The notes beneath the pieces were generated by a model. It was given only the letters and a program-made list of their open reading frames with translations, had not been told where the DNA came from and made no database searches. Shown in pieces: positions 27,450 through 43,800 of a stretch of DNA of 64,000 nt (position 1 is its first letter; each line of letters opens with the position of its first letter). The stretch lies in NCBI GenBank assembly GCA_032718475.1, contig JAUCBJ010008575.1, forward strand, positions 1 through 64,000, read 5' to 3'. This DNA comes from Nemertoderma westbladi (Eukaryota > Animalia > Xenacoelomorpha). A program made the position numbers and the translations under genes.

Positions 27450-30400
27450 ACCTACAGACACATGGTTTAGAGAGTGACACAAATGCTTTGTATAACAAAA
27501 CCTACAGACACATGGTTTAGAGAGTGACACAAATGCTTTGTATAACAAAACCTACTGACACATGGTTTAGAGAGTGGTGACACCAATGCTTTGTATAACA
27601 AAACCTACTCACACATGGTTTAGAGAGTGACACAAATGCTTTGTATAACAAAACCTACTGACACATGGTTTAGAGAGTGACACCAATGCTTTGTATAACA
27701 AAACCTACTGACACATGGTTTAGAGAGTGACACAAATGCTTTGTATAACAAAACCTACTGACACATGGTTTAGAGAGTGACACAAATGCTTTGTATAACA
27801 AAACCTACTGACACATGGTTTAGAGAGTGACACAAATGCTTTGTATAACAAAACCTACTGACACATGGTTTAGAGAGTGACACAAATGCTTTGTATAACA
27901 AAACCTACTGACACATGGTTTAGAGAGTGACACAAATGCTTTGTATAACAAAACCTACTGACACATAGTTTAGAGAGTGACACAAATGCTTTGTATAACA
28001 AAACCTACTGACACATGGTTTAGAGAGTGACACCAATGCTTTGTATAACAAAACCTACTGACACATGGTTTAGAGAGTGACACCAATGCTTTGTATAACA
28101 AAACCTACTGACACATGGTTTAGAGAGTGACACAAATGCTTTGTATAACAAAACCTACTGACACATGGTTTAGAGAGTGACACAAATGCTTTGTATAACA
28201 AAACCTACTGACACATGGTTTAGAGAGTGACACCAATGCTTTGTATAACAAAACCTACTGACACATGGTTTAGAGAGTGACACAAATGCTTTGTATAACA
28301 AAACCTACTGACACATGGTTTAGAGAGTGACACAAATGCTTTGTATAACAAAACCTACTCACACATGGTTTAGAGAGTGACACAAATGCTTTGTATAACA
28401 AAACCTACAGACACATGATTTAGAGAGTGACACAAATGCTTTGTATAACAAAACCTACTGACACATGGTTTAGAGAGTGACACAAATGCTTTGTATAACA
28501 AAACCTACTGACACATGGTTTAGAGAGTGACACAAATGCTTTGTATAACAAAACCCACAGACACATGGTTTAGAGAGAGGTCACACAAATGCGTTGTATA
28601 ACAAAACCTACTGACACATGATTTAGAGAGTGACACAAATGCTTTGTATAACAAAACCTACTGACACATGGTTTAGAGAGTGACACAAATGCTTTGTATA
28701 ACAAAACCTACAGACACATGGTTTAGAGAGTGATGACACCAATGCTTTGTATAACAAAACCTACTGACACATGGTTTAGAGAGTGACACAAATGCTTTGT
28801 ATAACAAAACCTACAGACACATGGTTTAGAGAGTGATGACACAAATGCTTTGTATAACAAAACCTACTGACACATGGTTTAGAGAGTGACACAAATGCTT
28901 TGTATAACAAAACCTACTGACACATGGTTTAGAGAGTGACACAAATGCGTTGTATAACAAAACCTACTGACACATGGTTTAGAGAGTGACACAAATGCTT
29001 TGTATAACAAAACCTACAGACACATGGTTTAGAGAGTGATGACACCAATGCTTTGTATAACAAAACCTACTGACACATGGTTTAGAGAGTGACACAAATG
29101 CTTTGTATAACAAAACCTACTGACATATGGTTTATAGAGTGACACAAATGCGTTGTATAACAAAACCTACTGACACATGGTTTAGAGAGTGACACAAATG
29201 CTTTGTATAACAAAACCTACTGACACATGGTTTAGAGGGTGACACAAATGCTTTGTATAACAAAACCTACTGACACATGGTTTAGAGAGTGACACAAATG
29301 CTTTGTATAACAAAACATACTGACACATAATTTAGAGAGAGGTCACACAAATGCTTTGTATAACAAAACCTACTGACACATGGTTTAGAGAGTGACACAA
29401 ATGCTTTGTATAACAAAACCTACTGACACATAATTTAGAGAGTGACACAAATGCTTTGTATAACAAAACCTACTGACACATGGTTTAGAGAGTGAAACAA
29501 ATGCTTTGTATAACAAAACCTACTGACACATGGTTTAGAGAGTGACACAAATGCTTTGTATAACAAAACCTACTGACACATAATTTAGAGAGTGACACAA
29601 ATGCTTTGTATAACAAAACCTACTGACACATGGTTTAGAGAGTGAAACAAATGCTTTGTATAACAAAACCTACTGACACATGGTTTAGAGAGTGACACAA
29701 ATGCTTTGTATAACAAAACCTACAGACACATGGTTTAGAGAGTGACACAAATGCTTTGTATAACAAAACCTACTGACACATGGTTTAGAGAGTGGTGACA
29801 CCAATGCTTTGTATAACAAAACCTACTCACACATGGTTTAGAGAGTGACACAAATGCTTTGTATAACAAAACCTACTGACACATGGTTTAGAGAGTGACA
29901 CCAATGCTTTGTATAACAAAACCTACTGACACATGGTTTAGAGAGTGACACAAATGCTTTGTATAACAAAACCTACTGACACATGGTTTAGAGAGTGACA
30001 CAAATGCTTTGTATAACAAAACCTACTGACACATGGTTTAGAGAGTGACACAAATGCTTTGTATAACAAAACCTACTGACACATGGTTTAGAGAGTGACA
30101 CAAATGCTTTGTATAACAAAACCTACTGACACATGGTTTAGAGAGTGACACAAATGCTTTGTATAACAAAACCTACTGACACATAGTTTAGAGAGTGACA
30201 CAAATGCTTTGTATAACAAAACCTACTGACACATGGTTTAGAGAGTGACACCAATGCTTTGTATAACAAAACCTACTGACACATGGTTTAGAGAGTGACA
30301 CAAATGCTTTGTATAACAAAACCTACTGACACATGGTTTAGAGAGTGACACAAATGCTTTGTATAACAAAACCTACTGACACATGGTTTAGAGAGTGACA

Positions 30401-31860
30401 CCAATGCTTTGTATAACAAAACCTACTGACACATGGTTTAGAGAGTGACACAAATGCTTTGTATAACAAAACCTACTGACACATGGTTTAGAGAGTGACA
30501 CAAATGCTTTGTATAACAAAACCTACTCACACATGGTTTAGAGAGTGACACAAATGCTTTGTATAACAAAACCTACAGACACATGATTTAGAGAGTGACA
30601 CAAATGCTTTGTATAACAAAACCTACTGACACATGGTTTAGAGAGTGACACAAATGCTTTGTATAACAAAACCTACTGACACATGGTTTAGAGAGTGACA
30701 CAAATGCTTTGTATAACAAAACCCACAGACACATGGTTTAGAGAGAGGTCACACAAATGCGTTGTATAACAAAACCTACTGACACATGATTTAGAGAGTG
30801 ACACAAATGCTTTGTATAACAAAACCTACTGACACATGGTTTAGAGAGTGACACAAATGCTTTGTATAACAAAACCTACAGACACATGGTTTAGAGAGTG
30901 ATGACACCAATGCTTTGTATAACAAAACCTACTGACACATGGTTTAGAGAGTGACACAAATGCTTTGTATAACAAAACCTACAGACACATGGTTTAGAGA
31001 GTGATGACACAAATGCTTTGTATAACAAAACCTACTGACACATGGTTTAGAGAGTGACACAAATGCTTTGTATAACAAAACCTACTGACACATGGTTTAG
31101 AGAGTGACACAAATGCGTTGTATAACAAAACCTACTGACACATGGTTTAGAGAGTGACACAAATGCTTTGTATAACAAAACCTACAGACACATGGTTTAG
31201 AGAGTGATGACACCAATGCTTTGTATAACAAAACCTACTGACACATGGTTTAGAGAGTGACACAAATGCTTTGTATAACAAAACCTACTGACATATGGTT
31301 TATAGAGTGACACAAATGCGTTGTATAACAAAACCTACTGACACATGGTTTAGAGAGTGACACAAATGCTTTGTATAACAAAACCTACTGACACATGGTT
31401 TAGAGGGTGACACAAATGCTTTGTATAACAAAACCTACTGACACATGGTTTAGAGAGTGACACAAATGCTTTGTATAACAAAACATACTGACACATAATT
31501 TAGAGAGAGGTCACACAAATGCTTTGTATAACAAAACCTACTGACACATGGTTTAGAGAGTGACACAAATGCTTTGTATAACAAAACCTACTGACACATA
31601 ATTTAGAGAGTGACACAAATGCTTTGTATAACAAAACCTACTGACACATGGTTTAGAGAGTGAAACAAATGCTTTGTATAACAAAACCTACTGACACATG
31701 GTTTAGAGAGTGACACAAATGCTTTGTATAACAAAACCTACTGACACATAATTTAGAGAGTGACACAAATGCTTTGTATAACAAAACCTACTGACACATG
31801 GTTTAGAGAGTGAAACAAATGCTTTGTATAACAAAACCTACTGACACATGGTTTAGAGAG
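27450..31860. repeat. Tandem duplication, offset 2218 then 2168 bp (one monomer lost or gained)
   Basis: CATAGTT 27967/30185 (2218); ACCCACAG 28556/30724 and TAGAGGGT 29238/31406 (2168). Confidence 0.88.
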
Positions 31861-34800
31861 TCACACAAATGCTTTGTATAACAAAACCTACTGACACATG
31901 GTTTAGAGAGTGACACAAATGCTTTGTATAACAAAACCTACTGACACATGGTTTAGAGAGTGACACAAATTCGTTGTATAACAAAACCTACTGACACATG
32001 GTTTAGAGAGTGACACAAATGCTTTGTATAACAAAACCTACTGACACATGGTTTAGAGAGTGACACAAGTTCGTTGTATAACAAAACCTACTGACACATG
32101 GTTTAGAGAGTGACACAAATGCGTTGTATAACAAAACCTACTGACACATGGTTTAGAGAGTGACACAAATGCGTTGTATAACAAAACCTACTGACACATG
32201 GTTTAGAGAGTGACACAAATGCTTTGTATAACAAAACCTACTGACACATGGTTTAGAGAGTGACACAAATACGTTGTATAACAAAACCTACTGACACATG
32301 GTTTAGAGAGTGACACAAATGCTTTGTATAACAAAACCTACTGACACATGGTTTAGAGAGTGACACAAATGCGTTGTATAACAAAACCTACAGACACATG
32401 GTTTAGAGAGTGACACAAATGCTTTGTATAACAAAACCTACTGACACATGGTTTAGAGAGTGACACAAATGCTTTGTATAACAAAACCTACAGACACATG
32501 GTTTAGAGAGTGACACAAATGCTTTGTATAACAAAACCTACTGACACATGGTTTAGAGAGTGACACAAATGCTTTGTATAACAAACCCTACTGACACATG
32601 GTTTAGATAGTGACACCAATGCTTTGTATAACAAAACCTACTGACACATGGTTTAGAGAGTGACACAAATGCTTTGTATAACAAAACCTACTGACACATG
32701 GTTTAGAGAGTGACACAAATGCTTTGTATAACAAAACCTACTGACACATAATTTAGAGAGAGGTCACCTAAATGCTTTGTATAACAAAACCTACTGACAC
32801 ATGGTTTAGAGAGTGACACAAATGCTTTGTATAACAAAACCTACTCACACATGGTTTAGAGAGTGACACAAATGCTTTGTATAACAAAACCTACAGACAC
32901 ATGGTTTAGAGAGTGACACAAATGCTTTGTATAACAAAACCTACTCACACATGGTTTAGAGAGTATAACAAAACCTACTGACACATGGTTTAGAGAGTGA
33001 CACAAATGCTTTGTATAACAAAACCTACTCACACATGGTTTAGAGAGTGACACAAATGCTTTGTATAACAAAACCTACAGACACATGGTTTAGAGAGTGA
33101 CACAAATGCTTTGTATAACAAAACCTACTGACACATGGTTTAGAGAGTGACACAAATGCTTTGTATAACAAAACCTACTCACACATGGTTTAGAGAGTGA
33201 CACAAATGCTTTGTATAACAAAACCTACTGACACATGGTTTAGAGAGTGACACAAATGCTTTGTATAACAAAACCTACTGACACATGGTTTAGAGAGTGA
33301 CACAAATGCTTTGTATAACAAAACCTACTGACACATGGTTTAGAGAGTGACACAAATGCTTTGTATAACAAAACCTACAGACACATGGTTTAGAGAGTGA
33401 CACAAATGCTTTGTATAACAAAACCTACAGACACATGGTTTAGAGAATGACACAAATGCTTTGTATAACAAAACCTACAGATACATGGTTTAGAGAGTGA
33501 CACAAATGCTTTGTATAACAAAACCTACTGACACATGGTTTAGAGAGTGACACAAATGCTTTGTATAACAAAACCTACTGACACATGGTTTAGAGAGTGA
33601 CACAAATGCTTTGTATAACAAAACCTACTGACACATGGTTTAGAGAGTGATGACACCAATGCTTTGTATAACAAAACCTACTGACACATGGTTTAGAGAG
33701 TGACACAAATGCTTTGTATAACAAAACCTACAGACACATGGTTTAGAGAGTGACACAAATGCTTTGTATAACAAAACCTACAGACACATGGTTTAGAGAG
33801 TGACACAAATGCTTTGTATAACAAAACCTACAGACACATGGTTTAGAGAGTGACACAAATGCTTTGTATAACAAAACCTACTGACACATGGTTTAGAGAG
33901 TGACACAAATGCTTTGTATAACAAAACCTACTGACACATGGTTTAGAGAGTGACACAAATGCTTTGTATAACAAAACCTACTGACACATGGTTTAGAGAG
34001 AGGTCACACAAATGCTTTGTATAACAAAACCTACTGACACATGGTTTAGAGAGTGACACAAATGCTTTGTATAACAAAACCTACAGACACATGGTTTAGA
34101 GAGTGACACAAATGCTTTGTATAACAAAACCTACAGACACATGGTTTAGAGAGTGACACAAATGCTTTTTATAACAAAACCTACAGACACATGGTTTAGA
34201 GAGTGACACAAATGCTTTGTATAACAAAACCTACAGACACATGGTTTAGAGAGCGACACAAATGCTTTGTATAACAAAACCTACTGACACATGGTTTAGA
34301 GAGTGACACAAATGCTTTGTATAACAAAACCTACTGACACATGGTTTAGAGAGTGACACAAATGCTTTGTATAACAAAACCTACTGACACATGGTTTAGA
34401 GAGTGACACAAATGCGTTGTATAACAAAACCTACTGACACATGGTTTAGAGAGAGGTCACACAAATGCTTTGTATAACAAAACCTACTGACACATGGTTT
34501 AGAGAGTGACACAAATGCTTTGTATAACAAAACCTACAGACACATGGTTTAGAGAGTGACACAAATGCTTTGTATAACAAAACCTACAGACACATGGTTT
34601 AGAGAGTGACACAAATGCTTTGTATAACAAAACCTACTGACACATGGTTTAGAGAGTGATGACACCAATGCTTTGTATAACAAAACCTACTGACACATGG
34701 TTTAGAGAGTCACACAAATGCTTTGTATAACAAAACCTACTGACACAAAATTTAGAGAGAGGTCACACAAATGCGTTGTATAACAAAACCTACTGGCACA

Positions 34801-37800
34801 TGGTTTAGAGAGTGACACAAATGCTTTGTATAACAAAACCTACTGACACATGGTTTATAGAGTGACACAAATGCTTTGTATAACAAAACCTACTGACACA
34901 TGGTTTAGAGAGAGGTCACACAAATGCTTTGTATAACAAAACCTACTGACATATGGTTTATAGAGTGACACAAAGGCGTTGTATAACAAAATCTACTGAC
35001 ACATGGTTTAGAGAGTGAAACAAATGCTTTGTATAACAAAACCTACTGACACATGGTTTAGAGAGAGGTCACACAAATGCTTTGTATAACAAAACCTACT
35101 GACACATGATTTAGAGAGTGACACAAATGCTTTGTATAACAAAACCTACAGACACATGGTTTAGAGAGTGACACAAATGCTTTGTATAACAAAACCTACT
35201 GACACATGGTTTAGAGAGTGACACAAATGCGTTGTATAACAAAACCTACTGACACGTGGTTTAGAGAGAGGTCACACAAATGCTTTGTATAACAAAACCT
35301 ACTGACACATGGTTTAGAGAGTAACACAAATGCGTTGTATAACAAAACCTACAGACACATGGTTTATAGAGTGACACAAATGCTTTGTATAACAAAACCT
35401 ACTGACACATGGTTTAGAGAGTGACACAAATGCTTTGTATAACAAAACCTACAGACACATGGTTTAGAGAGTGACACAAATGCTTTGTATAACAAAACCT
35501 ACTGACACATGGTTTAGAGAGTGACACAAATGCTTTGTATAACAAAACCTACTGACACATGGTTTAGAGAGTGACACAAATGCTTTGTATAACAAAACCT
35601 ACTGACACATGGTTTAGAGAGTGGTGACACCAATGCTTTGTATAACAAAACCTACTGACACATGGTTTAGAGAGTGACACAAATGCGTTGTATAACAAAA
35701 CCTACTGACACATGGTTTAGAGAGAGGTCACACAAATGCTTTGTATAACAAAACCTACAGACACATGGTTTAGAGAGTGACACAAATGCTTTGTATAACA
35801 AAACCTACAGACACATGGTTTAGAGAGTGACACAAATGCTTTGTATAACAAAACCTACAGATACATGGTTTAGAGAGTGACACAAATGCTTTGTATAACA
35901 AAACCTACTGACACATGGTTTAGAGAGTGACACAAATGCTTTGTATAACAAAACCTACTGACACATGGTTTAGAGAGTGACACAAATGCTTTGTATAACA
36001 AAACCTACTGACACATGGTTTAGAGAGTGATGACACCAATGCTTTGTATAACAAAACCTACTGACACATGGTTTAGAGAGTGACACAAATGCTTTGTATA
36101 ACAAAACCTACAGACACATGGTTTAGAGAGTGACACAAATGCTTTGTATAACAAAACCTACAGACACATGGTTTAGAGAGTGACACAAATGCTTTGTATA
36201 ACAAAACCTACAGACACATGGTTTAGAGAGTGACACAAATGCTTTGTATAACAAAACCTACTGACACATGGTTTAGAGAGTGATGACACCAATGCTTTGT
36301 ATAACAAAACCTACTGACACATGGTTTAGAGAGTCACACAAATGCTTTGTATAACAAAACCTACTGACACAAAATTTAGAGAGAGGTCACACAAATGCGT
36401 TGTATAACAAAACCTACTGGCACATGGTTTAGAGAGTGACACAAATGCTTTGTATAACAAAACCTACTGACACATGGTTTATAGAGTGACACAAATGCTT
36501 TGTATAACAAAACCTACTGACACATGGTTTAGAGAGAGGTCACACAAATGCTTTGTATAACAAAACCTACTGACATATGGTTTATAGAGTGACACAAATG
36601 CGTTGTATAACAAAATCTACTGACACATGGTTTAGAGAGTGAAACAAATGCTTTGTATAACAAAACCTACTGACACATGGTTTAGAGAGAGGTCACACAA
36701 ATGCTTTGTATAACAAAACCTACTGACACATGATTTAGAGAGTGACACAAATGCTTTGTATAACAAAACCTACAGACACATGGTTTAGAGAGTGACACAA
36801 ATGCTTTGTATAACAAAACCTACTGACATATGGTTTATAGAGTGACACAAATGCGTTGTATAACAAAATCTACTGACACATGGTTTAGAGAGTGAAACAA
36901 ATGCTTTGTATAACAAAACCTACTGACACATGGTTTAGAGAGAGGTCACACAAATGCTTTGTATAACAAAACCTACTGACACATGGTTTAGAGAGTGACA
37001 CAAATGCTTTGTATAACAAAACCTACAGACACATGGTTTAGAGAGTGACACAAATGCTTTGTATAACAAACCCTACTGACACATGGTTTAGAGAGTGACA
37101 CAAATGCTTTGTATAACAAAACCTACTGACACATGGTTTAGAGAGTGACACAAATGCTTTGTATAACAAAACCTACTGACACATGGTTTAGAGAGTGATG
37201 ACACCAATGCTTTGTATAACAAAATCTACTGACACATGGTTTAGAGAGTGACACAAATGCTTTGTATAACAAAACCTACTGACACATGGTTTAGAGAGTG
37301 ACACAAATGCTTTGTATAACAAAACCTACTGACACATGGTTTAGAGAGTGGTGACACCAATGCTTTGTATAACAAAATCTACTGACACATGGTTTAGAGA
37401 GTGACACAAATGCTTTGTATAACAAAACCTACTGACACATGGTTTAGAGAGTGACACAAATGCTTTGTATAACAAAACCTACTGACACATGGTTTAGAGA
37501 GTGATGACACCAATGCTTTGTATAACAAAACCTACTGACACATGGTTTAGAGAGTGACACAAATGCTTTGTATAACAAAACCTACTGACACATGGTTTAG
37601 AGAGTGACACAAATGCGTTGTATAACAAAACCTACTGACACATGGTTTAGAGAGTGACACAAATGCTTTGTATAACAAAACCTACTGACACATGGTTTAG
37701 AGAGTGACACAAATGCGTTGTATAACAAAACCTACTGACACATGGTTTAGAGAGTGACACAAATGCTTTGTATAACAAAACCTACTGACACATGGTTTAG

Positions 37801-40800
37801 AGAGTGATGACACCAATGCTTTGTATAACAAAACCTACTGACACATGGTTTAGAGAGTGGTGACACCAATGCTTTGTATAACAAAACCTACTGACACATG
37901 GTTTAGAGAGTGATGACAACAATGCTTTGTATAACAAAACCTACTGACACATGGTTTAGAGAGTGGTGACACCAATGCTTTGTATAACAAAACCTACTGA
38001 CACATGGTTTAGAGAGTGATGACAACAATGCTTTGTATAACAAAACCTACTGACACATGGTTTAGAGAGTGACACCAATGCTTTGTATAACAAAACCTAC
38101 TGACACATGGTTTAGAGAGTGACACAAATGCTTTGTATAACAAAACCTACTGACACATGGTTTAGAGAGTGGTGACACCAATGCTTTGTATAACAAAACC
38201 TACTGACACATGGTTTAGAGAGTGACACAAATGCTTTGTATAACAAAACCTACTGACACATGGTTTAGAGAGTGATGACACCAATGCTTTGTATAACAAA
38301 ACCTACTGACGCATGGTTTAGAGAGTGATGACACCAATGCTTTGTATAACAAAATCTACTGACACATGGTTTAGAGAGTGAAACAAATGCTTTGTATAAC
38401 AAAACCTACTGACACATGGTTTAGAGAGTGACACAAATGCGTTGTATAACAAAACCTACTGACACATGGTTTAGAGAGTGACACAAATGCTTTGTATAAC
38501 AAAACCTACTGACACATGGTTTAGTGAGTGACACAAATGCGTTGTATAACAAAACCTACTGACACATGGTTTAGAGAGTGACACAAATGCGTTGTATAAC
38601 AAACCCTACTGACACATGGTTTAGAGAGTGACACAAATGCTTTGTATAACAAAACCTACTGACACATGGTTTAGAGAGTGACACAAATGCTTTGTATAAC
38701 AAAACCTACTGACACATGGTTTAGAGAGTGATGACACCAATGCTTTGTATAACAAAATCTACTGACACATGGTTTAGAGAGTGACACAAATGCTTTGTAT
38801 AACAAAACCTACTGACACATGGTTTAGAGAGTGACACAAATGCTTTGTATAACAAAACCTACTGACACATGGTTTAGAGAGTGGTGACACCAATGCTTTG
38901 TATAACAAAATCTACTGACACATGGTTTAGAGAGTGACACAAATGCTTTGTATAACAAAACCTACTGACACATGGTTTAGAGAGTGACACAAATGCTTTG
39001 TATAACAAAACCTACTGACACATGGTTTAGAGAGTGATGACACCAATGCTTTGTATAACAAAACCTACTGACACATGGTTTAGAGAGTGACACAAATGCT
39101 TTGTATAACAAAACCTACTGACACATGGTTTAGAGAGTGGTGACACCAATGCTTTGTATAACAAAACCTACTGACACATGGTTTAGAGAGTGACACAAAT
39201 GCGTTGTATAACAAAACCTACTGACACATGGTTTAGAGAGTGACACAAATGCTTTGTATAACAAAACCTACTGACACATGGTTTAGAGAGTGACACAAAT
39301 GCGTTGTATAACAAAACCTACTGACACATGGTTTAGAGAGTGACACAAATGCTTTGTATAACAAAACCTACTGACACATGGTTTAGAGAGTGATGACACC
39401 AATGCTTTGTATAACAAAACCTACTGACACATGGTTTAGAGAGTGGTGACACCAATGCTTTGTATAACAAAACCTACTGACACATGGTTTAGAGAGTGAT
39501 GACAACAATGCTTTGTATAACAAAACCTACTGACACATGGTTTAGAGAGTGGTGACACCAATGCTTTGTATAACAAAACCTACTGACACATGGTTTAGAG
39601 AGTGATGACAACAATGCTTTGTATAACAAAACCTACTGACACATGGTTTAGAGAGTGACACCAATGCTTTGTATAACAAAACCTACTGACACATGGTTTA
39701 GAGAGTGACACAAATGCTTTGTATAACAAAACCTACTGACACATGGTTTAGAGAGTGGTGACACCAATGCTTTGTATAACAAAACCTACTGACACATGGT
39801 TTAGAGAGTGACACAAATGCTTTGTATAACAAAACCTACTGACACATGGTTTAGAGAGTGACACAAATGCTTTGTATAACAAAACCTACTGACACATGGT
39901 TTAGAGAGTGGTGACACAAATGCTTTGTATAACAAAACCTACTGACACATGGTTTAGAGAGTGGTGACACAAATGCTTTGTATAACAAAACCTACTGACA
40001 CATGGTTTAGAGAGTGATGACACCAATGCTTTGTATAACAAAACCTACTGACACATGGTTTAGAGAGTGGTGACACCAATGCTTTGTATAACAAAACCTA
40101 CTGACACATGGTTTAGAGAGTGACACAAATGCGTTGTATAACAAAACCTACTGACACATGGTTTAGAGAGTGATGACACCAATGCTTTGTATAACAAAAC
40201 CTACTGACACATGGTTTAGAGAGTGACACCAATGCTTTGTATAACAAAACCTACTGACACATGGTTTAGAGAGTGACACCAATGCTTTGTATAACAAAAC
40301 CTACTGACACATGGTTTAGAGAGTGACACAAATGCTTTGTATAACAAAACCTACTGACACATGGTTTAGAGAGTGACACAAATGCTTTGTATAACAAAAC
40401 CTACTGACACATGGTTTAGAGAGTGATGACAACAATGCTTTGTATAACAAAACCTACTGACACATGGTTTAGAGAGTGGTGACACCAATGCTTTGTATAA
40501 CAAAACCTACTGACACATGGTTTAGAGAGTGACACAAATGCTTTGTATAACAAAACCTACTGACACATGGTTTAGAGAGTGATGACACCAATGCTTTGTA
40601 TAACAAAACCTACTGACACATGGTTTAGAGGGTGACACCAATGCTTTGTATAACAAAACCTACTGACACATGGTTTAGAGAGTGACACAAATGCTTTGTA
40701 TAACAAAACCTACTGACACATGGTTTAGAGAGTGACACCAATGCTTTGTATAACAAAACCTACTGACACATGGTTTAGAGAGTGACACAAATGCTTTGTA

Positions 40801-43800
40801 TAACAAAACCTACTGACACATGGTTTAGAGAGTGATGACACCAATGCTTTGTATAACAAAACCTACTGACACATGGTTTAGAGAGTGACACCAATGCTTT
40901 GTATAACAAAACCTACTGACACATGGTTTAGAGAGTGACACAAATGCTTTGTATAACAAAACCTACTGACACATGGTTTAGAGAGTGGTGACACAAATGC
41001 TTTGTATAACAAAACCTACTGACACATGGTTTAGAGAGTGACACCAATGCTTTGTATAACAAAACCTACTGACACATGGTTTAGAGAGTGATGACACAAT
41101 GCTTTGTATAACAAAACCTACTGACACATGGTTTAGAGAGTGTGACACCAATGCTTTGTATAACAAAACCTACTGACACATGGTTTAGAGAGTGACACAA
41201 ATGCTTTGTATAACAAAACCTACTGACACATGGTTTAGAGAGTGATGACACCAATGCTTTGTATAACAAAACCTACTGACACATGGTTTAGAGAGTGACA
41301 CCAATGCTTTGTATAACAAAACCTACTGACACATGGTTTAGAGAGTGACACAAATGCTTTGTATAACAAAACCTACTGACACATGGTTTAGAGAGTGTGA
41401 CACAAATGCTTTGTATAACAAAACCTACTGACACATGGTTTAGAGAGTGATGACACCAATGCTTTGTATAACAAAACCTACTGACACATGGTTTAGAGAG
41501 TGACACCAATGCTTTGTATAACAAAACCTACTGACACATGGTTTAGAGAGTGACACAAATGCTTTGTATAACAAAACCTACTGACACATGGTTTAGAGAG
41601 TGGTGACACCAATGCTTTGTATAACAAAACCTACTGACACATGGTTTAGAGAGTGACACCAATGCTTTGTATAACAAAACCTACTGACACATGGTTTAGA
41701 GAGTGATGACACCAATGCTTTGTATAACAAAACCTACTGACACATGGTTTAGAGAGTGATGACACCAATGCTTTGTATAACAAAACCTACTGACACATGG
41801 TTTAGAGAGTGACACAAATGCTTTGTATAACAAAACCTACTGACACATGGTTTAGAGAGTGATGACACCAATGCTTTGTATAACAAAACCTACTGACACA
41901 TGGTTTAGAGAGTGATGACACCAATGCTTTGTATAACAAAACCTACTGACACATGGTTTAGAGAGTGACACCAATGCTTTGTATAACAAAACCTACTGAC
42001 ACATGGTTTAGAGAGTGGTGACACCAATGCTTTGTATAACAAAACCTACTGACACATGGTTTAGAGAGTGACACAAATGCTTTGTATAACAAAACCTACT
42101 GACACATGGTTTAGAGAGTGACACAAATGCTTTGTATAACAAAACCTACTGACACATGGTTTAGAGAGTGATGACACCAATGCTTTGTATAACAAAACCT
42201 ACTGACACATGGTTTAGAGAGTGACACAATGCTTTGTATAACAAAACCTACTGACACATGGTTTAGAGAGTGACACAAATGCTTTGTATAACAAAACCTA
42301 CTGACACATGGTTTAGAGAGTGATGACACCAATGCTTTGTATAACAAAACCTACTGACACATGGTTTAGAGAGTGACACAAATGCTTTGTATAACAAAAC
42401 CTACTGACACATGGTTTAGAGAGTGACACAAATGCTTTGTATAACAAAACCTACTGACACATGGTTTAGAGAGTGACACAAATGCTTTGTATAACAAAAC
42501 CTACTGACACATGGTTTAGAGAGTGATGACACCAATGCTTTGTATAACAAAACCTACTGACACATGGTTTAGAGAGTGATGACACCAATGCTTTGTATAA
42601 CAAAACCTACTGACACATGGTTTAGAGAGTGACACAAATGCTTTGTATAACAAAACCTACTGACACATGGTTTAGAGAGTGACACAAATGCTTTGTATAA
42701 CAAAACCTACTGACACATGGTTTAGAGAGTGACACAAATGCTTTGTATAACAAAACCTACTGACACATGGTTTAGAGAGTGACACAAATGCGTTGTATAA
42801 CAAAACCTACTGACACATGGTTTAGAGAGTGACACAAATGCGTTGTATAACAAAACCTACTGACACATGGTTTAGAGAGTGACACAAATGCTTTGTATAA
42901 CAAAACCTACTGACACATGGTTTAGAGAGTGACACAAATGCTTTGTATAACAAAACCTACTGACACATGGTTTAGAGAGTGATGACACCAATGCTTTGTA
43001 TAACAAAATCTACTGACACATGGTTTAGAGAGTGACACAAATGCTTTGTATAACAAAACCTACTGACACATGGTTTAGAGAGTGACACAAATGCGTTGTA
43101 TAACAAACCCTACTGACACATGGTTTAGAGAGTGACACAAATGCTTTGTATAACAAAACCTACTGACACATGGTTTAGAGAGTGACACAAATGCTTTGTA
43201 TAACAAAACCTACTGACACATGGTTTAGAGAGTGATGACACCAATGCTTTGTATAACAAAACCTACTGACACATGGTTTAGAGAGTGACACAAATGCTTT
43301 GTATAACAAAACCTACTGACACATGGTTTAGAGAGTGACACAAATGCTTTGTATAACAAAACCTACTGACACATGGTTTAGAGAGTGACACAAATGCTTT
43401 GTATAACAAAACCTACTGACACATGGTTTAGAGAGTGGTGACACCAATGCTTTGTATAACAAAACCTACTGACACATGGTTTAGAGAGTGACACAAATGC
43501 TTTGTATAACAAAACCTACTGACACATGGTTTAGAGAGTGACACAAATGCTTTGTATAACAAAACCTACTGACACATGGTTTAGAGAGTGATGACACCAA
43601 TGCTTTGTATAACAAAACCTACTGACACATGGTTTAGAGAGTGACACAAATGCTTTGTATAACAAAACCTACTGACACATGGTTTAGAGAGTGGTGACAC
43701 CAATGCTTTGTATAACAAAACCTACTGACACATGGTTTAGAGAGTGACACAAATGCTTTGTATAACAAAACCTACTGACACATGGTTTAGAGAGTGACAC

